DNA from: Tubulanus polymorphus | Taxonomy: Eukaryota > Animalia > Nemertea | Assembly: GCF_964204645.1 (NCBI RefSeq) | Contig: NC_134035.1 | Span: forward strand, 4,216,001-4,280,000 | Reading direction: 5' to 3' | Length of the DNA stretch: 64,000 nucleotides | Shown: piece by piece, positions 54,996 through 64,000 of the stretch | Numbering within the stretch: the stretch's first letter is position 1 | Layout: every line of letters begins with the position of its first letter | The notes under the pieces: model-generated | What the model was told of the DNA's origin: nothing | Seen by the model: the letters and a program-made list of their open reading frames with translations, nothing else | The model's database searches: none | Program-made: the position numbers and the translations under genes

Positions 54996-57766
54996 CGTTT
55001 CTTGTACGAAGGCGTTCTGTTTTTTTTAAACCTCGTTCCCTGTGGGCGTTTTTCCATCGCGATAAAGCAATCAAGGCTAAAATCTAACGACAGCGATGAA
55101 AAACTCGGTATAAAATTTGTCGAAATTTATTCAATTTACTCCGACGATAATCAAAAAAGATACGTTTAATCACCGAACGCGAAATTACACCGAATTAAAT
55201 CATCGGATTCGCGCGCGGTTGATTATATTTTCTCAGTCTCTGGTGTGTAGGTCTTCACGGTGCACGTTCCTCAATTCATCTCGTTACGCAGCCGGCTTTG
55301 ATGTTTGGCTTCGTAGCGTGAAAATGTTACGTAGATGCGATCAAGATTTCATTAAGTAAAAAAAAAAAATGATGAAATCGTCGAAAAGTCTATAATATCG
55401 CATCGTCTCACCTCCCTAACAACCCCGGTTAGCGTTCACGATAAAACGCGTCGCGTGTGAAATTGTAAAATATAGTCATCGGACGCGCCTCGGTAGATCG
55501 GTGAGATTGCGGGCTTCACTGTCAGCGCCGAGCAACTTCGAGTCCTGCTTACAGTGTCCGCCCGGCAATACTTCGAAGGCTGCGTGGTCCAGTCATGAGG
55601 TTAAATAAACAATCCAATAGCCTTGGGCAACCAAGATCCGAGGGAAGTAAAGTTATGATAAGTCTAATGGATTCCCACTTGGTCCAGTGAATAGATTCGA
55701 TAGTGATGCTTCACTCGGATCATCTCTGCACAGTCGTGACTTAAGTCCAAAAGTGGTCTTAAATCTTAAGACCGGTCTCAAGTTGTTAGATTGGCTATAG
55801 AACTAAGTTGGTCTTAGACTGGTCTTATGTCTAAGCCATGACGTGCAACCGTCCCCTGGGCATATTCGAAAAAATAAAGCGGCATTCTTCTTCTTCTGTG
55901 TGATATAAACATACCACGGCGGCACTAAAAACTATTATACCTTGAAAAAAAAACCTAGAACTCGTTCCAACTCCGATTGCTGTTGCATCAGGTGAATAAA
56001 TCTTCCGCGATACGAGTGAAAGAAAAAGTCGACATTAGTGAAATAAATTCGCTCGGCGTTAACAGAAGAGAGGACGTCAGTCACGCGTTCGAACGGAAGA
56101 GTTTCTGCTGTAACTATTCCTGTTCGGTGTGTTTTCATTGTGACACGTATCACTGTCACTGCTCGTATAAATCCGTATCCAGCAGTAATTACCGATACAT
56201 CGTGTCGGAGGAGCATAGACAGACTAACGCCGCCCTGTCCCGTCATCGCTTCGATTCCTAGAGCCTTGTCGTTTCGGCGATCGCAATAGGTTCGATAGAT
56301 GAAACTTAAATGAAATATAAAGTCTTCCACGACCCGGGATACGGATACGGTTCCATAGTTGGGACTTGAGTCTAAAAGTGATTTTATATCTAGTAACTGA
56401 TCGTTTGATGCTATAAAAATGAAATTATGTCTCAGATTGAATCTTAAGCCTTGCGCTATATAAATGACAATTTATTATTATTATTATTAAGTTGTTGAAT
56501 TGGTTATAGAACCGAATGAGCTTAGACTGGGGTCTTATGTCGTTAGATTGGTCAGAACCAAAATAACTTTTACTGGTCTTTAGTTGTTAAATTGGCAGTA
56601 GAACTACCGTGGTATTTGACTAAATCTTAAGTCTAAGCCATGACTAGGCCAACCGGCCCAAATTTCACATTTTTTGTTGAAAATCCTCTGAAATATTTCA
56701 TGTGATACAATTCAATGGGGATGAACTCATTCTAAACTTTAAAACCTTTTTTTCATGATACCACTATTGAACGGGCAAAATAAAACATCTTCCTTAACGC
56801 ATCGTTTCGGGCGCTATACGTTTCGTGATGGGTCCTTTCCCTACGATACGGCCGTCAAAAAATGTGCATATTCATGACGTCACCGCGATGGGTTTGATTC
56901 ATTCACAAGCGACGAAAACCGAAACATCCGGTATTAAACGGCTTATCGAACGAGGCCGTCAACGAACCCGCGCGCGCCACGCCAACACGATAAGCGGTAT
57001 AACACTGCGGTAAGAAGCTAAGCAATCAAACGTCCACTTACTCGGCATCCGTCATTTCCTTTCGCAAACCGTCGACGTACCGAAGAACGCTATTTAACGC
57101 ATTTACGTTGAAACAAAACGGCAAATATTTGTTTTAAATATGCGGCCCCCGCGCGCCGGCGCAAATAACCCGTCGCCAGAAAGATACTCGGTTTACTCGC
57201 CGGCTGCTCCGCGGTTTGACGGTGTTAAGCGTCCATTAATTACTTTTATATGACGCTTTTTGCGCTTGTAAATCGGGGCGGTTAGCGCACCGGGCTAATA
57301 TAACATATCCGTATAATAGAGTGGCCGGCTTTAGTAAGAGAGAGGAAAAAGAAGAATTTTTTTTTAATACTGCGGCCGAGATTGGTCACCGACATGAATC
57401 ATCGAATTACTAAGCGAATATTCAGCCGCGCGCGGTTGTCGTGGATAAGAATTCCGTCATTCCGTAATGAATTTTGTAGTAATTTTGTAAGGAACTATAG
57501 AAGAAATGGAAATCGCATACGTCAGGTTAGGTTAACAATACGTAGTCGTATTGCTTCATAGAATTGTGGATTCTAAAACGGGAGTCCATGTTAGAATAGA
57601 TAATGAGCACAGATATCATTACAGAATACAGTTTCTATACGGAATCAATATGGTTTATTTGAGGGTGTAGATTTACCACGAAATATCGGAACTAATTTCA
57701 CACTCATTGATACAACGAACTATCAGTTATAAAGAACAGTATTTCTGGTCTCCTGATGTTCGTTTT

Positions 57767-57808
57767 ACACCTGACGATGATCTCTAGGGTGAGATCGAAA
57801 CGTCGTGT
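57767..57808 (+). ncRNA. Minimal type I hammerhead ribozyme (Penelope-like element type), intact core
   Basis: ACAC-CTGACGA-T-GATCTC-tagggt-GAGATC-GAAA-CG-TC-GTGT: stem I ACAC/GTGT, CUGANGA box, 6-bp stem II, GAAA box, palindromic ACGU stem III, GUC cleavage triplet ending at 57804. Confidence 0.85.
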
Positions 57809-57970
57809 CTTATATATATTTTAGATTGAATAAATAAATTCTTGTTTCTAAATTCTTTTTATCTGTAAATAGTGGGTTTTTATCTTATAAAGAACAGATT
57901 TTCTGATCTCCGGAAGTTCCTCATAACGAGGTCCCGCTGTACAATAATACGCTACACACCGAAGAAGTTA

Positions 57971-58190
57971 GGCTAAACAAAAATGATACCTTGTTTCTCC
58001 GCAGCGGCCGGGTCATTTTTGAAAAATTATGATAAAATTTATAAACAGTTCATTTCTATAGCGGCCGGGTCTGTTATGGTAAAATTGATCACGATTTTAA
58101 AAAAAGTAATGTATAGGGTAGATAGGCGGCCGGCCGGGTCAACATTCAAGCTCAGCAGAGCGGAGAAACAAGGTATCAATTTTTTTAGCC
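57971..58190. mobile_element. 220-bp MITE with ~32 bp TIRs and TTA TSD
   Basis: TTA|GGCTAAACAAAAATGATACCTTGTTTCTCCGC...GCGGAGAAACAAGGTATCAATTTTTTTAGCC|TTA, with three internal cggccgggtc motifs. Confidence 0.85.
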
Positions 58191-58531
58191 TTATATCATA
58201 ATGGTGAATGCCTGTTTAACCTGAATGGCGAAAAAAATATAGACTAGTCTTTATCATTTTTCAACGCGGGTAATAATATAAGAATTATTTTGTCTTTTAT
58301 CTATACTGATCTCTAGACTTGTTGATCTGTCTCGCCCCGCGGATAGCGACGCACGCGGCCTCCACAGCGCACGTGGAGTCCATCCGTATTCGTCGGAGAA
58401 CATTTTAACACCAGGACTATACACGAGTCCCCGGCGACTCGTTTACACCGGCGGAATCATAATCAAATACACGACATCCGGTCGAGATTAGAGTAAAGCC
58501 ACACGTAACGCCGCGTCGTTCTCGAGCGCCG

Positions 58532-58688
58532 TATAATATATACACGCCTGCTACAACATCAGCCTCGACTCGCGCCGGGACCGACGACGTCTGCGAGAAA
58601 ACACGTCGAATAAATCTTCACTAAAACCGCGACTCTTACGTCCGCGGACATCGGGGTGTCGTTTACGCAGTCATTACGCTTACGTTTC
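58532..58688 (+). promoter_or_regulatory. Possible TATA plus non-coding first exon feeding the 59966 exon
   Basis: TATAATATATA at ~58532, TCAG ~28 nt downstream, donor-like |GTATGT at 58689, inside a CpG-rich island. Confidence 0.3.
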
Positions 58689-59034
58689 GTATGTATTAAC
58701 GACAAAATATCGGCTTCGCGTTTGCGTGGAATATACCCCCGAGGAGAGACGGTCTCTTACTTTCTCTGCGTGATTCTTATTTCATCACGAATTAGACGAT
58801 TTGTTTTCCGTTTGTTTTCGTCGCGCGAAATCGTTTTTTTAATGCGACACGAAACACACCGCATGTCGAAGTCAACAATCATTTTAGAAATCGTTTATTT
58901 CTATGCCGAAAATCTCATTGTTGTAGATGACAATTTGATAATCAAGAACGTTGTTCCAATGAGTTGTAGCTTATACCGATACTTTACAATTTTGGCTTGG
59001 ATTTGAGACCAGTGTAAGACGAACCTAATTCTAT

Positions 59035-59576
59035 AGCCAATCTAACAACTTAAGACCAGTCTAAAGACCATCTTACAGTTCTATGATAGCCAATCTAACA
59101 ACTTAAAACCAGTCTAAAGACCATCTTACAGTTCTATGACAGCCAATCTAACAACTTAAAACCAGTCTAAAGACCATCTTACAGTTCTATAGCCAATCTG
59201 ACAACTTAAAACCAGTCTAAAGACCATCTTACAGTTCTATGATAGCCAATCTAACAACTTAAGACCAGTCTAAAGACCATCTTACAGTTCTATGACAGCC
59301 AATCTAACAACTTAAAACCAGTCTAAAGACCATCTTACAGTTCTATAGCCAATCTGACAACTTAAAACCAGTCTAAAGACCATCTTACAGTTCTATGATA
59401 GCCAATCTAACAACTTAAAACCAGTTTAAAGACCATCTTACAGTTCTATAGCCAATCTGACAACTTAAAACCAGTCTAAAGACCATCTTACAGTTCTATG
59501 ACAGCCAATCTAACAACTTAAAACCAGTCTAAAGACCATCTTACAGTTCTATAGCCAATCTGACAACTTAAGACCA
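59035..59576. repeat. Minisatellite, ~10.5 units of 50/53 bp, inside a family-B MITE
   Basis: Unit AGCCAATCTAACAACTTAAAACCAGTCTAAAGACCATCTTACAGTTCTAT with or without GAT/GAC. Confidence 0.95.
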
Positions 59577-59969
59577 TTGTTTCAAGATTTACGGCCACTT
59601 TTGGACTTAGGCCTCGACCGTGCACCGCCCCGCTAGAAACATATCAAAACGAATCATAATATCGATCTCTTGGGGGCTTATTTTCTTTTCTTTTTTTTCG
59701 CTGATACTTCCTTATTCGTTCATTCCTCGCATACCGCGAAGAAAATCATTTCTCCTCGCTTTATTGATCTAATCGACGATGCCGCCGCGATTCTCTGGAT
59801 ATTCTTTTTTATCCACTTCATTCATATATCGGGGACCCGACGTTTCTTCGGCGTCGCCTCGCTCGACTAAATAACGCGAATATACGTATTCGGAACAGCT
59901 TTGTTGACCGATGTGTTGTGTGGTGGAGTTGACTGAAGCAATGTTTCTCTTGTTTATATTTGCAGGGTC

Positions 59970-60064
59970 ATGTACAGAATTCAAGTAGTTATATTTGCAT
60001 GCGCGTTCGCCGTTATTTTTGTCACCGCTAGTTCGGCTGCGAGTAGCGCGCAAAGTAGACAGAG
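59970..60064 (+). CDS. Signal-peptide-encoding exon of a secreted or membrane protein (MYRIQVVIFACAFAVIFVTASSAASSAQSRQ...)
   Basis: Strong acceptor tttctcttgtttatatttgcag| at 59965, ATG 4 nt into the exon, basic residue plus hydrophobic core plus small-residue cleavage region, strong donor GAG|GTAAGC at 60064 (phase 2). Too short for the ORF track. Confidence 0.75.
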
Positions 60065-60399
60065 GTAAGCAAACATTAAACAGCTCGCCCGTATAAGTAA
60101 CCGCCAATATTCTATTCTATAGGAAGGAGAATTTTCCACCAAAAAAGATGCGGCTTATACTGGCGAAATATTTGATAAAGACCCCAACCGCAGGTCTTAC
60201 CGTAGTCTCGAACCAGGGACCTCGATATTATATACATTTATATATATTTTTTTTTTTTAATTTACAATTTAAGTAGTAGCATAATTAAATACAAAATATT
60301 GTGATAAACGACGCGAATTTACGAATGTAAAATGGTTTATCCCCCCCCCTGAGTTGTACAGCGACTGACAAAGCTTAGAAGTTTGATTTCTGAAAGTCT

Positions 60400-60510
60400 T
60401 AACCACCGCGCTTAACATTCTAAAACTACATTATAATAGTAGAAGTTGAAAATCAATTGCCATATAGGTGCTTTTAAAGAGGAAAGTTTTCGATCTGGAT
60501 TCGAAGGCAT
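60400..60510 (-). mobile_element. L2-type LINE 3' fragment
   Basis: Minus-strand AFESRSKTFLFKSTY. Confidence 0.4.
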
Positions 60511-62084
60511 ACGATATTTTGATTTATTTATTTTCTATTTATTCCTTATTTACGAATTAATTAATATCATCGTCAGTAGCTGTATTTACGAACAATAAAG
60601 GAATAATTTTTAGGTTCAATCTCTGATTACAACATTACGACCAAGCCTTACGATTACTATAGATTCCAATATATTTTAAGGTTTTTTAACTATATCGGAC
60701 TTGCACTTTTGGGTGAACGTCACAAATGACGTTGTCCTATTATCCTCCCGGGAATGCAGATAAGCTGCAAGTCCCAATCCTTAAATTGCACTAACAAAAA
60801 AAAAATACGCAAGGCTCTCAAAAATACGACTACTTCGAAATTGGAATTAAACTTTTCGGTATCTGCCGCGCGTGAATGAGGATCTATAGTCTCGGCTCGG
60901 TGATTGCGGTAAGCCCTCGCTCGCACCTGAGCACACCATGTTGTTTAATTTCACCGCGGCCTGCAGGGACTCCGCGGCGATAAGCGCACGTCGTTGAAAA
61001 GGCGCGCGTATGAATAAGTTACGAAGTTTCTCCGGCGCAGTGTCAACATCCCGTAACGCGTTCGAGTTGTTGGAAACGAACGACGTCATCGCTACATTTC
61101 GCGGTTATATTCAATTTTCTGTAATTTATCACCGGCGAAATTGATCGGTTTAATCGCTTCGGCGTGTAGGGCGTTTATTGGTGAGCGTTTTATTGCAGAG
61201 GCAAAACCGAGCCTTTGTTTGTTAGATAAGAAAAGAAGGGTCGCGATGATAGGACTTCAGTCTCGAGCCCGCCTATAATCACGAGCTCTCGCGCAAGTTC
61301 GACCACTTGCGATAACGGTTCAATGAATAATGCATCTGTAGTGTTTTCAGCACGCGGTAATAACTTCGTTATTAAAGCAGGGATGGTTCATTAGGCCACG
61401 TGAAAATGGTCGCGTATTTTCTCGTCTCAATCTTTTGAAATGCGTGTTCGCTTTAGCCGTGTATAATCATTTCGTACTATGTCCATAGAAAACATTCGGG
61501 ACCCAATTTCACAAAAAAAAATCATCTGAAATGTTTGGAAAGTTGTGAAGGAGCCTGGCGTCGAAGCAGTGGGTCGAAGTACGAGCTTTTGCTATTAGTA
61601 TATAGAGATAGATTAAGTCAAATATTCGGTTAGTTGCATTCGTTTACTTCACGTTTGCAATGTCGACAACAATTCAGACTCAACCGTTTTGAGCGTAAAC
61701 TTGTTCCTGCACCGATCGAATCGAAAAAAAAGATCAGCTATCAGTCATCTCTATTTAGATTCGTTCTAAAAATTCAATTTAGCCGATATGAAAAAAAGAC
61801 AAACTGGTCCGACGAAAGATCAGCTGTAGCCAATTCTATTCTATTGCGTACCAAAAATTCGCTGTTGATATTCCGAACGGTTAGAGTATAAGTCGATGTC
61901 GTATATACACGGCTTCTCGTTACTTAGCGGATAAGTAATCGGAGCCGTCCTACTCCCTTACCAATCCAATCAACGTTCAATTTGTGTCCGTTCTTGACCT
62001 AGCCATCAGCGCGTATAACCTGCACCGATCAAAATATACTGTCGACAAATTGACAGATTTATAGGGTATAAACATAAAAACCCA

Positions 62085-62197
62085 GGGCCCGGTTTTATAG
62101 ACTGGTATCACCTTTAACCCGGGGGCTAACTCAATTGATAATGAATTGAGTTAGCCCCCGTGTTAAAGGTAATACCACAGTCTATAAAACCGGCCCC
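62085..62197. mobile_element. Near-perfect fold-back MITE
   Basis: GGGCCCGGTTTTATAGACTG...GGGGGCTAACTCAATT-gataatg-AATTGAGTTAGCCCCC...CAGTCTATAAAACCGGCCCC. Confidence 0.8.
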
Positions 62198-62294
62198 ATC
62201 ACTCAAGCGTTTTGAAAATGGCTAATATCGAGTTGAGACGTTTAAATCCTCTTACACACTTAATCTTTGGTAATAGGTTTAATTCTTCAACCAG

Positions 62295-62400
62295 GACCCA
62301 GTTCCATTTTGAGTTCAGATTTGACTCCGAGTTGACTCATAGAAAATGGACTGATTTCAACTCGGAGTCAACTCTTAACTCACCACTGTGGAACTGGATT
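62295..62400. mobile_element. MITE, PIF/Harbinger-like (family A)
   Basis: CAG|GACCCAGTTCCA...TGGAACTGGATT|CAG. Confidence 0.8.
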
Positions 62401-62587
62401 CAGTGGCTCGTTTACCCTCAAATTTTATCACTATGAGTTAACGATAGTATTTAGTATTTATCCGCTATGGTTAGCTTTAACAAACTTCTAACTCGATAGC
62501 ATTGTCGAGGACCTTATCTCATGTTCTGCTTTCGAAGTTAGTTTAGATCGGTTGATTAGTTTAGCCATCAGAGTCATTGATCACATG

Positions 62588-62695
62588 GGCCCAGTTCCAC
62601 AGTTGTGAATTAAGATTTGACTTTGGAGTTAACACATTGAAAATGAACTAATTTTAACTCAGAGTTAACTCTAACTCATGACGTGGAACTGGAGC
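62588..62695. mobile_element. MITE, PIF/Harbinger-like (family A)
   Basis: ATG|GGCCCAGTTCCAC...GTGGAACTGGAGC|ATG. Confidence 0.8.
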
Positions 62696-63216
62696 ATGGT
62701 GTTTTGAAGAATGCGGATTTCGCGGCGTGTTGAAGGTGCTGCACCATCTCCTAGTGGTTCTTAAATGTTATTGCTTTACAAATATACACCCTCATCATGG
62801 GTACAAATTTTGATTCTCCTTCAATTTCTAATCGAAATAGCGCGACAGCGTGGTACATCGCCGAAAGATGAACGCGGCAAACGGAACTCCTAAAGATTTC
62901 CAGTAAAATTCCGATAGAATCGAAAAGTCGTACGTCCCTCTTCAAACTTGCGAATGAATCTTCTGTTCATTTCGTAAACCGCGATTAGTTCTCGTTGAGC
63001 TACGAATATTCGCGGGCGCGTCACTTTTCGCAAAAAACGAAATAACTTATTCATAAAATGCCGACGTCACAAAGCGACTGGTGCGCCGCCTACTCGAGTC
63101 TTCGAAGGCAAACAATAACGTATAATGTTCTGATTTTACTATTGTTTAAGATGTCTGTTTTGCCCCTAGTGTAAGATTTGCGTGGAACGTTAACGACCTG
63201 TTACATTTCTGTAAAG

Positions 63217-63285
63217 CACAGATTACTCGCCGTGTCGACGATCCCCGGGGATCGAGAAACCGCCGAATCAAGGCCTGATGCGCAG
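63217..63285 (+). CDS. Possible next exon of the 59970 gene
   Basis: Donor CAG|GTGGGT at 63285. Two acceptors (63216 and 63221) both give open phase-2 frames: TDYSPCRRSPGIEKPPNQGLMR or LLAVSTIPGDRETAESRPDAQ. No family recognised. Confidence 0.2.
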
Positions 63286-64000
63286 GTGGGTTTCGTGCCA
63301 ATATGCATTAGATGATAATTATCGTCGTCAAGTGTCGGGGGTTAATTAGTCTCTCGATGAAGCCGTCGGGGCTAAATTTGTCGAATCAACGAATTTTCGT
63401 TTCGTTATTTACGACTCGACGCGGTGTTACAGATCCGGCGAAATGTCGACAAAAGAAATCGCGCCGCGCAATTCCGCAATTCTCTGGCAGAGGTCCCGCG
63501 AGAATCGGCGCGTTTTAGCGCGTTTTTCCGATCCGCCCGCGGCGTCTGTATCGCGCGGGATGCCCTGAATTCCACCTGTGACATTACTGCTTAGTACTGA
63601 ATAAACCATATCACATTGCAAATAACCGCCATTTTGTTAGGGCACTTTCGTCCTGTATTGTCGGGTCATTCTTTCCCGTTTCTGAAAACCATTTGCGATG
63701 AGTTCATGTCACCGGTACTTAGACGATGGATTTTGACAATTTCGGGATAAAATTCTAACCTCTAGTTTTCAGTCGTGTATACGAATCTAAAATGTGCAAC
63801 AATGCGACATGAGAGTGATATTAATTGATTTGTTCAACTTTCAAAGAAATTAATTACATAATTTCTCTAACAAAATATTGCAATGAACTATGAAGGCCAC
63901 TCGTCAAGAGCCTGAAGGCTGTAACTATGTAAAGAGTGGATGGGGAGCCCTGATTACCACTAAATCAACGATGACTATGATACAAAAAATATTAATATTA

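Noticed and set aside
50976-56882. Additional TGACGTCA sites (50976 and 56875)
   Set aside because: About one is expected by chance in 64 kb of CpG-rich DNA, and there is no supporting context.
59035-59576. CRISPR-like array (also 26006-26275 and 32060-32330)
   Set aside because: Units are contiguous without unique spacers, there are no cas genes, and the context is eukaryotic.

Overview
Eukaryotic (invertebrate animal-like) genomic DNA: AT-rich but CpG-rich, intron- and repeat-dominated, with no prokaryotic operons, rRNA or CRISPR. Most ORF-track entries are spurious. Three gene fragments are supportable. (1) A minus-strand secreted neuropeptide-precursor-like gene: TATA box ~8556-8565, signal-peptide exon 8130-8361 ending in a phase-1 GT donor, best terminal exon 5152-5186, giving RR-QQLEAAYRLLSGVNNPLLDY-GR-stop. 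(2) A plus-strand transcription unit with a TATA box, a non-coding first exon (~27203-27444) and a candidate start exon at 42658-42785. (3) A plus-strand signal-peptide exon at 59966-60064 (MYRIQVVIFACAFAVIFVTASSA...) that the ORF track misses. The rest is mobile DNA: a ~6.3 kb TA-flanked element with ~410 bp terminal inverted repeats and a CpG-poor interior (17238-23578), about ten minimal hammerhead-ribozyme motifs of the Penelope-like type, several PIF/Harbinger-type MITE families with 3-bp TSDs, L2/CR1-type LINE 3' ends, SINE fragments, and mini/microsatellites including one born inside a MITE. All exon joins are read by eye and need transcript confirmation.
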